A stretch of 64,000 nucleotides of DNA, from assembly GCA_963663275.1 (NCBI GenBank), contig OY760183.1, positions 2,944,001-3,008,000 of the forward strand. The letters are read 5' to 3'. Below the pieces are notes generated by a model. It made no database searches, was not told the origin of the DNA, and was given only the letters and a program-made list of their open reading frames with translations. Below are positions 38,461 through 47,598 of the stretch, piece after piece (the stretch's first letter is position 1; each line of letters opens with the position of its first letter). The translations under genes were made by a program, and so were the position numbers. Source of the stretch: Chloroflexota bacterium. GTDB lineage: Bacteria > Chloroflexota > UBA11872 > VXOZ01.

Positions 38461-38596
38461 GTAATTCCTCCTGTATGCTGCACGCGGTTCATTCCGCCTC
38501 TGATTCGAGCGTAACGGAGGAATGTAAAGGAATTGCGAACAGGAAACGGAAACCCAAGGAAAGGGAGTCTAAGCGCCAGGCGCGCTTCCCGCCCAC

Positions 38597-39054
38597 GTAG
38601 CCCTGGGGCTTGTCCCCCGCAGCCCGACCGCTATCCGCAACCTTCTGGCCCCACCACCGTAGCGCGGGGGCTTGTCTCCCGCTTCCCGACCGCTATCCGC
38701 ATCCATCTGGCCCCGCTACCGTAGCGCGGGGGCTCGTCCCCCGCTTCCTGACCGCTATCCGCGACTATCTGGCCCCTCCACAGTAGCCCGGGGGCTTGTC
38801 CCCCGCTTCCTGACCCCTATCCGCGACTATCTGGCCCCTCCACAGTAGCCCGGGGGCTTGTCCCCCGCTTCCTGACCCCTATCCGCGACTATCTGGCCCC
38901 ACCACCGTAGCCCGGGGGCTTGTCCCCCGCTTCCTGACCTCTATCCGCAACCATCTGGCCCCACCACCGTAGCCCGGGGGCTTGTCCCCCGCTTCCTGAC
39001 CGCTATCCGCAACCATCTGGCCCCACCACCGTAGCCCGGGGGCTTGTCCCCCGC
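38597..39054 (+). repeat. Tandem array of 8 REP-A units, 62-bp period
   Basis: GTAG starts at 38597, 38659, 38721, 38783, 38845, 38907, 38969 and 39031; linkers near-identical. Confidence 0.93.
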
Positions 39055-39112
39055 AGCCCAGCCGTAAACGGCAAACATCATGCCGCCCCACCACTGCGCG
39101 GAGGCTCGTCCC

Positions 39113-39299
39113 CAATGCTGTCGCACTTACCTTCCCGGTCAGGAGCATGGCGTTTCCAGTGAACCGCGTCTCCGGTAGCGCAGGTTCGCGCGGGAAGTGC
39201 GCATAACCTGCGTCTTCTGTAGGGTCAATCCATTCCGTAAGCACTTCTCTTGTTCCGGCGGGGGACAAGCCCCCGCGCTACGTTAACGCGACAGCATTG
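39113..39299 (-). mobile_element. MITE-4 variant with inverted REP-A flanks
   Basis: Ends CAATGCTGTCGCACTTA / TTAACGCGACAGCATTG; internal REP-B and REP-A. Confidence 0.8.
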
Positions 39300-39364
39300 G
39301 GGACTAGCCCCCGCGCTGCGTCGATGCGATTAACCTCTCATTACAAAGGCGTAGGGGCTACAAA

Positions 39365-39398
39365 GGCGTAGGGGCACGACATGTCGTGCCCCTACGCC
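39365..39398. repeat. REP-C perfect palindrome (34 bp)
   Basis: GGCGTAGGGGCACGACATGTCGTGCCCCTACGCC; overlaps a 17-bp tandem duplication at 39342-39375. Confidence 0.85.
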
Positions 39399-39412
39399 GC
39401 GATACAATCAAC

Positions 39413-39446
39413 AAAGAGCCCTTCCTCCGTAGAGGAAGGGCTCTTT
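39413..39446. terminator. Bidirectional rho-independent terminator downstream of the RND gene
   Basis: AAAGAGCCCTTCCTC-CGTA-GAGGAAGGGCTCTTT. Confidence 0.75.
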
Positions 39447-39513
39447 AGATACCCACATTTCAGTCCCGGCGCCTGCGGTCAAGCGCACAACGGCCCGCCC
39501 GCCGCGCCAGTCG

Positions 39514-42500
39514 CTATTCCGCCACCTCCACCCGCTCAATCGCGGGTTTCCGCGGCGGCCTGCGGCGGAACAAACCGGGTACGCTCTGGTTGGCGAGCGT
39601 ATAGACCACCGGCACCACCAGCAGGGTCAGGAACGTCGAGCTTACCAGCCCGCCGATAACCACCGTCGCCAACTCCGCGCCCAGGATGCCGCCGGAGTCC
39701 TCAGAGAACGCCGCCAGCGGAATGAGCGCAAAGCTCGTGGTAATGGCGGTCATCAGGATGGGCCGCAGCCGGACGCGACCGCCCTGCATCAGCGACTCGA
39801 AAACGCTCAAGCCGCGCTCCCGCAACTGCTCCACGAACGACACCAGCACTACCGCGTTGGTGACGACGATACCGATCAGCAGCAGAATGCCCATCATGCC
39901 CGGCAGGCCGAGGGAGCGTCCCGTAATTGCCAGCGCCGCCAATGCGCCTATCAGCGCCAGCGGCAGGCTGGTAACGATCACGAACGGATTGCGCAGCGAG
40001 CCGAGACTGGCGACCATGACCAGATAGACCAAGACCACGCCGACGGCCATGGCGATGAAGATGTCCTCGAAGCCCTCTGTAATCTGCGCAAAGACGCCGG
40101 CGTTCGTCACGGTCACGCCCGGCGGCAGGTCGAGCGCGTCGATCTTCTCCTGGATGATCTCGCCGACAGCCTGCGTGTCGTCCACCGTAATGTCGCCGCT
40201 GATACCCGCGGAGCGCAAGCGATCGGTGCGCCTGATCGCTACCGGCCCCGCTTCCACCTGCACCGAGGCAATGTCGCTCAATGGAGCAATGCCCGCCGGA
40301 CCGGCAATCATCAGCGCTCGGATGGTCTCAACGCTATTGACCCGGTCGGCAGGCCCAGTCAAGATCACGTCTACCGGCCTGCCGTCAAGCGCAACCTGGG
40401 TAACCGTCTGCCCCACCAGAAACTGGTTGATCTGAAATGCGACCGTCTGGGCGCTCAAGCCCAGCGCCGCGGCGCGTTCCGGATCAACGTTGACGATCAC
40501 CTCATCCCGCGCCTCGCTGACGTCGCTGCTGACGTCCTCGATGCCGTCGATCGTTGCCAACTCTTGCGCGAGTTGACTGGCCAGCGACGCGATTTCGTCA
40601 TAGTTGCTGCCGGTTATGCGAATCTCCAACTCGGCGGCGGGCGGCCCGCCGCCCACGTCCGCAATGGTAATCCTGCGCTCTGCCGTCGTTGGCAGCCTCT
40701 CGCGGAGAATATCAACGATGTCTTCCGGCACGTCCTCCTTCAATTGGACGAACGTCGAAGATTCATTGAACCCTGTCGTAAAACTCTGCGCTGAGGCGCC
40801 GGCGGCGGCGCCCATGGAGGTGTAATAGATGTCCGCGAACTCACTAATCTGGCCCTCCAAGAGGTCCACCTCCGCCAGGGTCGCTTCGGCCTGCGTGCCG
40901 GGAGGCAACTCCATGTTGATGGTGACGAACTGGACCCCGCCGGAAGAGAAGAGGTTGACGGGAATGAAGCGCAGCAGCCCAAAGCTGCCCCCGGCGATGA
41001 CGATGGCCGCAAGCAGCGTGAGCGCCTTGTGCCCCAGCGACCACCGCAGCATGGGCACGTAGATGCGCTGCATCCAGGTGTCCGTTTCAGGAATTTCCTC
41101 TCCCTCGCCGACGCCCTCGGGCAGATCGCCCGGCCGCAGCAGGTACGCTCCCAGCACGGGCACGGCCGTGAGCGCCACTATGAGCGATGCAATCAAGGCA
41201 AAGCTGACGGCAAGGGCAAACGGGAAGAAGAACGCCCCGACAAGCCCCTGGATGAACGCCAACGGCGCGAATACGACGATTGTCGCCAGCGTGGAGGCGG
41301 TGATTGCGGGGCCAACTTCCACGGTCGCCTCAAGCGCCGCCCGCCAGCGATCCCTGCCAAGTTCGATGTTGCGATAGACGTTCTCCAGCACCACGATGCT
41401 GTCGTCCACCACGCGGCCAACGGAAATGGCCAATCCCCCCAGCGTCATGAAGTTCAGCGCCAGGCCCTGCCAATTCATCAGCAGCACGCCGGTGAAGATG
41501 CTGAGCGGAATCGAAAGGACGATTACCAGGGTCGGCCGCAAGGTTCGGAACACGCCCCGGAACACACTGGGGCGCACGGTCAGGAAGAAAGCAAAGACCA
41601 CGATGGACGCCAGAGTAAGACCCAGAACCGCCTCGCGCTCCAGCGTATCAATCTGCGCCTGGATCTGGGGGCCGTCGTTGTAGACGATGACAACCTCCAC
41701 GCCCTCCGGCAGGTTGTCCAGGCCCGCCAGCGCCTCTTCCACGGCGGTCGTGACGTCGATCGTGTTGGCGTCCGGCTCCTTGTAGATGGAAACGCCGATG
41801 CTGGGCGTGCCGTTCGTGCGCGAGATGCTGCGCGCCATGCTCGCGCCAAGCTGCACCTCGGCGACGTCTCCCAGCCGCAACGGCTGCGGCGCGGCCCCGG
41901 CCTGCGACGGCGCGCCGGCGAACGTGCGCGGGATCACCAACTGCCTCAGTTCCTCCAGCGATCCGAACCTGCTCGTCGTCTTTACCGGCAGCGCCTGGCC
42001 GTTGCTCGTTATCGCCCCGCCGGGAAACGTAATGTTGTTCTCCCGCAGCGCCTGGGAGACCTGGAACAGCGAAATACGCTCCTGCAACAGCCGGTCCGGA
42101 TCTACCGTAATGAGGATCTGCTGCTGCACGTCTCCGATGACCTCGATGGACGCAACGCCGTCGATGCCGGATAACTGCGGCAGAATGCCGTCCTCCAGAA
42201 TGGCCTGCAACTCGGCGGTTTCTCTCTCTCCGGTCACGCTGATGCGAATGACGGGGATGGAGTCCGGGTCTATGCGGCCGACATCCGGCTCATTCACACC
42301 GTCAGGAAAGCTGATCCCACTGACTCTGGAACTGGCGATGTTCTCCGCTTCCTCCATGTCGGTGCCGAATTCGAAGGTGGCAACGATGATGGATAGGTTC
42401 TCCGTGGACGTGGACTGGATCGTGTCCAGGCCGTCCATCCCGGCAATCGCATCCTCCACCGGAATCGTGACGTTTTCGGCGACCGACTCCGGATTCGCCG

Positions 42501-42663
42501 ACGGGTAGAACGTCGTGACCGTGACAATTGGAAAGTCTACTTCCGGAAAAAGCTCTACCGGCAGTCTGGTGTAGGTGAATATTCCCGATACAAGCACCAG
42601 AATTACTGCCAACACCGTCACCGAGCGGCGGCGCAGTGCGAGACCAGTGATGAACGCGATCAA
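39514..42663 (-). CDS. RND efflux transporter permease (AcrB/SwrC-like)
   Basis: LPVELFPEVDFP, GRVVDDSIVVLEN, GIVVTNAVVL, RLRPILMT; TTG start at 42663 after GGAGG; no adjacent MFP or OMF gene. Confidence 0.93.
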   Translation of the reverse strand: MIAFITGLALRRRSVTVLAVILVLVSGIFTYTRLPVELFPEVDFPIVTVTTFYPSANPESVAENVTIPVEDAIAGMDGLDTIQSTSTENLSIIVATFEFGTDMEEAENIASSRVSGISFPDGVNEPDVGRIDPDSIPVIRISVTGERETAELQAILEDGILPQLSGIDGVASIEVIGDVQQQILITVDPDRLLQERISLFQVSQALRENNITFPGGAITSNGQALPVKTTSRFGSLEELRQLVIPRTFAGAPSQAGAAPQPLRLGDVAEVQLGASMARSISRTNGTPSIGVSIYKEPDANTIDVTTAVEEALAGLDNLPEGVEVVIVYNDGPQIQAQIDTLEREAVLGLTLASIVVFAFFLTVRPSVFRGVFRTLRPTLVIVLSIPLSIFTGVLLMNWQGLALNFMTLGGLAISVGRVVDDSIVVLENVYRNIELGRDRWRAALEATVEVGPAITASTLATIVVFAPLAFIQGLVGAFFFPFALAVSFALIASLIVALTAVPVLGAYLLRPGDLPEGVGEGEEIPETDTWMQRIYVPMLRWSLGHKALTLLAAIVIAGGSFGLLRFIPVNLFSSGGVQFVTINMELPPGTQAEATLAEVDLLEGQISEFADIYYTSMGAAAGASAQSFTTGFNESSTFVQLKEDVPEDIVDILRERLPTTAERRITIADVGGGPPAAELEIRITGSNYDEIASLASQLAQELATIDGIEDVSSDVSEARDEVIVNVDPERAAALGLSAQTVAFQINQFLVGQTVTQVALDGRPVDVILTGPADRVNSVETIRALMIAGPAGIAPLSDIASVQVEAGPVAIRRTDRLRSAGISGDITVDDTQAVGEIIQEKIDALDLPPGVTVTNAGVFAQITEGFEDIFIAMAVGVVLVYLVMVASLGSLRNPFVIVTSLPLALIGALAALAITGRSLGLPGMMGILLLIGIVVTNAVVLVSFVEQLRERGLSVFESLMQGGRVRLRPILMTAITTSFALIPLAAFSEDSGGILGAELATVVIGGLVSSTFLTLLVVPVVYTLANQSVPGLFRRRPPRKPAIERVEVAE

Positions 42664-43066
42664 GGCGGCCTCCATGAGGATTGTGAAATTAATCGCTCTA
42701 TAAGTTGAGTATATCCCATATTCTGCCATTTGTGTTACCGCCGGGCCGGCGCGCCCGCGCCGCGGCCCGCGAGACCGGACGCCATCGGCAGCGCCGCGCT
42801 TGCGCCGGCGGGCAACCGGCGAATGTCTACTGGTGTGGGACGCTGCGCTCGGCGGGGACAAGCGAGAACTCCCGCCGCGCCGGCCGCGTGATAGACGGCA
42901 TGACGCCGTCCGCCGGCCGGCCAGGGACGACCGCTGCCCGCGCCGCTCCCGCGCTGCCTCCCACACCCCCGCGTAAACGCCCGCCGCGCGGCGGCGCCGT
43001 TCCACACGGCGCTGGAAGACCTTAGCGCGGGCGCACCCGGATTTACCGTGAAGGAGCACTAAGCAC

Positions 43067-43942
43067 GTGAAGATTCTGTTGGATCCCGGCCACGGCGGCC
43101 GCGACCCCGGCGCGATTGGCGCGCTGCCGGGCGCAAATACCGGCAGCAACTTGCAGGAGAAAGACGTTACCCTCACCGTGGCGAAGTTGGCCGCCGAGGA
43201 ATTGCGGGAGCGCGGCTACACCGTGCTGCTGACCCGCGAAACCGACGAAGCCGTGCCTCTGCACACGCGCACGGCCATGGCGGTGGCGGAGAAGGTGGAC
43301 GCCTACCTCAGCATCCACGCCAACGCCGGCGGCGGCACGGGCTGCGAGGTGTGGTACCAGGCAGGCGACGAGTCGTCCCGCGCCTTTGCCGCGGCTCTGG
43401 AAAAGGGCATCCGCGACGTGGACGTGGTGCCCAATCGCGGCCTGAAGGCCGGCAGCGCGGCCACCCGCACCAACTGGTACACCTTCTCGCAACTCGCCAA
43501 CGACGCGCTGCTGGAACTGGCCTTTCTCGATCATCCCGGCGACGCCCGGCAGCTTCACCGGTACCCGGAACGCTTTGCGCGCGGCATCGCGAACGCGATC
43601 GAGGCGCACCTGCCGCTGGCGGTGGACGCGCAAGCCGCGTGCGATGACTTGGACGCCGCGTCCGCTGACGCTTCGTCCGCGCCGCAGAATGCCGCGCCTC
43701 GGGAGACGCTGACTTCGACTCGCCGCGAGTCGCAGACTCCCTGGCAAGCGGAAAAGCAGGAAATCATCGCGCAGCGGGACGCCATGCTCGCCGAAATCTA
43801 CGCGGAACTGATGGCGGACCGCACCGACCTGGCCTACGCCATTCGCCTGGCCAACGGCGCACGGAACACCGCCGACCTGGGCGGCATGACCCGCGCCGAG
43901 CGGCTGCGGGAACTCAATGAAAAGTGGGCCGGCAAGATTTGA
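43067..43942 (+). CDS. N-acetylmuramoyl-L-alanine amidase (Amidase_3), no signal peptide, unknown C-terminal domain
   Basis: LDPGHGGRDPGA, EKD, SIHAN, LLELAFLD; AAGGAG RBS. Confidence 0.9.
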   Translation: MKILLDPGHGGRDPGAIGALPGANTGSNLQEKDVTLTVAKLAAEELRERGYTVLLTRETDEAVPLHTRTAMAVAEKVDAYLSIHANAGGGTGCEVWYQAGDESSRAFAAALEKGIRDVDVVPNRGLKAGSAATRTNWYTFSQLANDALLELAFLDHPGDARQLHRYPERFARGIANAIEAHLPLAVDAQAACDDLDAASADASSAPQNAAPRETLTSTRRESQTPWQAEKQEIIAQRDAMLAEIYAELMADRTDLAYAIRLANGARNTADLGGMTRAERLRELNEKWAGKI

Positions 43943-43994
43943 CCGGGGCTCGAGTCAGGCTCACCCGCCGCCAAGCGCCTGATCCCGTTGCCCC

Positions 43995-44142
43995 GTAGCG
44001 CGGGGGCTCGTCTCCCGCCTCACGACCAACATCCCGTAGCGCGGGGGCTCGTCCCCCACCTCCGGCTCAACCAACCGTAGCGCGGGGGCTTGTCCCCCGC
44101 CTCCGGCCCAACCAACTGTATGCGCGGGGGCTTGTCCCCCGC
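43995..44142 (+). repeat. Four REP-A units, 41-bp period
   Basis: Units start at 43995, 44036, 44077 and 44118. Confidence 0.9.
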
Positions 44143-44282
44143 CTCCGGCGCGATGAACACCCGTCATCTCCGGCCAGGCGCTCAACACGTATCCCGTTCC
44201 CCGTGCGCGCCTCCAACTGGCGCGTTGAACGAACCGAAATCTTCGCGGTGTCATCATCCAACCAAAACGAAGGAGAAACCCT

Positions 44283-44552
44283 ATGACCGGAATCGAATTG
44301 CTCGGCCTCGGCGGCATATCCGTCGGCGTGCGCATCGTGGTTTCCGCGCTCAAGCTGGCGGGGCTGCCCAAACGCTTTGCCCCGCTCACGGCGGTCTTCC
44401 TGGGCGCAATTGCCGGCGGCCTGGGCGGACCCACCACCGGCGCCGGCTGGTACACGAGCGTCGCGCTGGGCATTCTGGCCGGCGGCGCCGCCGTCGGCCT
44501 CTACGAGATCGGCCGCCAGGCCACCAGGCGCAATGGAGACGCATCCCCGTAG
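44283..44552 (+). CDS. Probable holin (small 2-3 TM protein)
   Basis: 89 aa; K.AGLPKRFAPL...G...G.LAG.AAVGLYE..., typical of Firmicute-phage holins; charged C-tail; AAGGAG RBS; follows the amidase. Confidence 0.7.
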   Translation: MTGIELLGLGGISVGVRIVVSALKLAGLPKRFAPLTAVFLGAIAGGLGGPTTGAGWYTSVALGILAGGAAVGLYEIGRQATRRNGDASP

Positions 44553-44830
44553 ACGCCCATGGCGACCCCCTGCCGGCTGACCACCGCCGCCGCTTAGGCC
44601 CAAGCTCAAATCGCCGGCTGGCTGTGAGAGGACGCGAACGCCGGCCTCCCCGCATGACGGCCCCGCGCCGCGCCCGCTGCGCCTACCCGGCGCGGCGGGC
44701 GTGACTCAATCGAGTGCAGCCAAGTGAATTAGGGTACACGCGCGCCCATCAGCCGCCAGGAAAGTCTTGCTTTTCAGATCGCCTTTGTGCTACTATCTGA
44801 CTGGTTAGAATAACACGTTATAAATCAAAC

Positions 44831-45082
44831 ATGCGGAAGATTCAAGCGACAGAAGCCAAAGCACATCTCGCCGACCTGCTGCGCACGGTCGAGCGCGGTG
44901 AAACCGTTGCCATCACGCGCCACGGCAAGACGATTGCCCATCTCGTTCCGGCCCATGCGCGCGACTCTGAATCGCGCCAGGCCGCCGTGGAACGCTTTCG
45001 GCAACGGCGGCTGCGGTGGAGCGGCATTGAGATGACCACGCAAGAGATTCTCGACGCCCGGCACGAGGGTCATCGTTCGTGA
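44831..45082 (+). CDS. Phd/YefM family antitoxin
   Basis: ATEAKAHLADLLRTVERGETVAITRHGKTIAHLVP. Confidence 0.92.
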   Translation: MRKIQATEAKAHLADLLRTVERGETVAITRHGKTIAHLVPAHARDSESRQAAVERFRQRRLRWSGIEMTTQEILDARHEGHRS

Positions 45083-45486
45083 GCGACCTCGTTCTCGATG
45101 CGTCCATCGCCGCAGCATGGCTCTTCCAGGATGAATCCGAGCCGCGTGCTGAGGCGGCGCTGGCGCGCCTCGCCGAGCAAAGCGCCTTAGTGCCGCAGCT
45201 TTGGCGCCTGGAAATACGCAACGTGCTGCTCACCGCCGAGCGGCGGGGCCGGTTGGCTGCCGATGAAGCCGTCGAGGCGCTGGATGCCCTGAGCGAACTG
45301 CCCATTCTGACCGATACAACCCCGGATCTTGATGCGGCGTGGGCGCTGGCGCGCGCGCACCAACTTTCCTATTACGACGCACTCTATCTTGAGTTGGCCC
45401 AGCGGCGCAACGGGACGCTCGCCACTTTGGATACCGCGCTGGCGCGCGCCGCGAAAGCCGCGGGCGTGCCGCCCTTCGCGCCGTAG
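45079..45486 (+). CDS. vapC: VapC (PIN domain) toxin
   Basis: VLDAS, E, LSYYDALYLELA, LATLD; GTGA overlap with the antitoxin. Confidence 0.9.
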   Translation: MSDLVLDASIAAAWLFQDESEPRAEAALARLAEQSALVPQLWRLEIRNVLLTAERRGRLAADEAVEALDALSELPILTDTTPDLDAAWALARAHQLSYYDALYLELAQRRNGTLATLDTALARAAKAAGVPPFAP

Positions 45487-45669
45487 GTGACGCAGCCCGC
45501 CAAGGCGAGAGCCAGGCACGGCCTCCCGGCGACCGCCGCCAGCCTCGTGCTCTCGCACGGGCGCTCACGTCGGCCTGCCCGCTGCACCTGGCGCCGGGAC
45601 GATGGGAATGCGCAGGAGAGCGCCGCTGCGGAGGCCACCGGAATTTCCACGTCGTGAGCGGAGCGCATA

Positions 45670-47562
45670 GTGTTAGACAAGCATCGCCAGCGGTCCTTCT
45701 TCCAGCGAACGCGGGAGACGCTGCGCCTGTGCCGTCTCGCCGTTTGGCTGACGTGGCGGGCGCACCCGCAACTGGCCGTCCTCACGTTGCTCTTGCTGCT
45801 GGCGCAGGCGGCGCTCCCACTCCTGCAACTCTGGTTTTCGCAAGCCCTGGTGGAACGCCTCACGTTCGATCTCGGCTTGGTTGCGCAAGTCCCGGACGTG
45901 GCCCGCAGGCTTCCTCTGGCGGCGTGGATCGGCCTTGCGGCCGGCGCGGTGGCGCTCTCCCAATTCTTGCAGCCGCTCTTCGCCACGCTGCACGTCATGG
46001 CCGGCGACCGCATTACGGGATTTGCCGCGGGCGAACTCATCCGCGCCGCCAACCGCTGGCGGGGCCTGGCGCGCTTCGAAGACCCACAGGTTGCCGACGA
46101 CCTGGCGCACGCCCGGCGCTACGTGCGCGGCAGCGGCGTAGACATCATGAACTATGGCACGCGCGCCGTGTTGGCGCTCTTGACCGTCACCGGCATGGTA
46201 CTGGTGCTGGCGGCGCTCCACCCACTCGCGCCGCTGGCGCTCGTGCTCCTCACGCTGCCGGCCATCGCGCAGCGGTGGGACTTCTCCGACCGCATGGGCA
46301 GCCACCTCTACGCGCAGACGCCGGAAACGCGCCGCCTCGAATACAGCCGCGGCATGATGCTCACGCCGGAACCCGCGAAAGACGTGCGCTTCTACGGGCT
46401 GGACCAGTTCTTCACGCAACGGTACGCTACTATCTTCACCCGCACCATGGCGAAGCTGGACCGGGTGCGCCGCTCGCTGGTCCCGCGCGTTACCTTGGCC
46501 AGCCTGCTCGCGGCGCTGGCCGTCGGCGGCGTTTGGGTCTGGCTGGCGTGGCGCATCTTTCTGGGAGAGGAAAGTCTGGGCGCGTTCGTGCTCTACGGGG
46601 GCGCGGCCGCCATGCTCTACCGGGAGTTGCTCATGATCGGTTTCGATTTGGGCTTCCTCCCGCTCGCCTTTGGCGCGCTGCGCAGTTTCCGGCGCGTCCT
46701 GGATGCGCCGCCGGACTTGCCGCTGCCGCGCCGGCCGAAACCGGCGCCATCCCAAATCCGGCAAGGGATAGCATTCGAACACGTCCGTTTCACCTATCCG
46801 GGCAGCGAGACGCCGGTGTTGGCAGATGTCTCGTTCCACCTGAAGCCCAACCAATCCACGGCGCTCGTGGGGCACAACGGGGCCGGCAAGACCACGCTCA
46901 TCAAGCTGCTGCTCCGCTTCTACGATCCGGACGACGGCCGCATCCTGCTGGACGGTGTCGATCTGCGGGAATACGACCTGGCGGACCTGCGCCGCCAGAT
47001 GGGCGTAATCTTCCAAGACTTCGTGCAATACGAGCTCACCGCCGGCGAGAACGTGGGGCTGGGCCAGGTGGATGCCCTCCACGACGAAGCGCGGATCCGC
47101 GCCGCGGCCGCGCAAGCCGGCGCCGACGAGGTGATCGACCGGCTGCCGCAGGGACTTGCGACCCAGTTAGGCCGCCAGTTCGGCGGACGCGAACTCTCCG
47201 GCGGCGAGTGGCAGCGGCTGGCCTTGGCGCGCGGCTTCATGCGCGACGCCCCGCTTATCGTGCTGGACGAACCGACGGCCGCCTTGGACGTGGAAACCGA
47301 GTATGCGGTCTACCAGCAATTCCACGCGCTGACGCGGGACAAGCTCACCGTGCTCATCAGCCACCGCTTCTCCACGGTGCGCATGGCCGACCGCATCCTG
47401 TATCTGGCGGACGGACGCATCGCCGAGTCGGGCAGCCACGAGGCCCTCATGGCGCAGGACGGCGCCTACGCCCGCCTCTATCGCTTGCAGGCCGCGCAGT
47501 ACGCCGAGGGAAAGCAAGAGGACGCCCAGGAACCGCCAAGAGAAGCCAATGGCAAGCATTAA
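45670..47562 (+). CDS. ABC exporter, fused permease/ATPase
   Basis: TM domain; GHNGAGKT, LSGGEWQ, LDEPT, ISHRFSTV. Confidence 0.93.
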   Translation: MLDKHRQRSFFQRTRETLRLCRLAVWLTWRAHPQLAVLTLLLLLAQAALPLLQLWFSQALVERLTFDLGLVAQVPDVARRLPLAAWIGLAAGAVALSQFLQPLFATLHVMAGDRITGFAAGELIRAANRWRGLARFEDPQVADDLAHARRYVRGSGVDIMNYGTRAVLALLTVTGMVLVLAALHPLAPLALVLLTLPAIAQRWDFSDRMGSHLYAQTPETRRLEYSRGMMLTPEPAKDVRFYGLDQFFTQRYATIFTRTMAKLDRVRRSLVPRVTLASLLAALAVGGVWVWLAWRIFLGEESLGAFVLYGGAAAMLYRELLMIGFDLGFLPLAFGALRSFRRVLDAPPDLPLPRRPKPAPSQIRQGIAFEHVRFTYPGSETPVLADVSFHLKPNQSTALVGHNGAGKTTLIKLLLRFYDPDDGRILLDGVDLREYDLADLRRQMGVIFQDFVQYELTAGENVGLGQVDALHDEARIRAAAAQAGADEVIDRLPQGLATQLGRQFGGRELSGGEWQRLALARGFMRDAPLIVLDEPTAALDVETEYAVYQQFHALTRDKLTVLISHRFSTVRMADRILYLADGRIAESGSHEALMAQDGAYARLYRLQAAQYAEGKQEDAQEPPREANGKH

Positions 47563-47598
47563 AGAGAAGCCAATGGAGAGCACTAAGGAAGCCCAGGC

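Noticed and set aside
38597-39054. CRISPR array
   Set aside because: Linkers are near-identical rather than unique spacers, the repeat is a dispersed REP, and no cas genes are in the window.
42700-43060. c-di-GMP-I or c-di-AMP riboswitch upstream of the amidase (GGGCAA...TGGGACGC)
   Set aside because: No GAAA tetraloop or GCAAAG segment and no ydaO core visible. An Infernal/Rfam scan would settle it.
42664-43176. Long N-terminal extension of the RND ORF (1220 aa)
   Set aside because: Arg-rich GC read-through that overlaps the amidase; a GGAGG-TTG start at 42663 fits better.
43067-45486. Prophage
   Set aside because: No integrase, terminase, capsid or tail genes and no att-like repeats seen.
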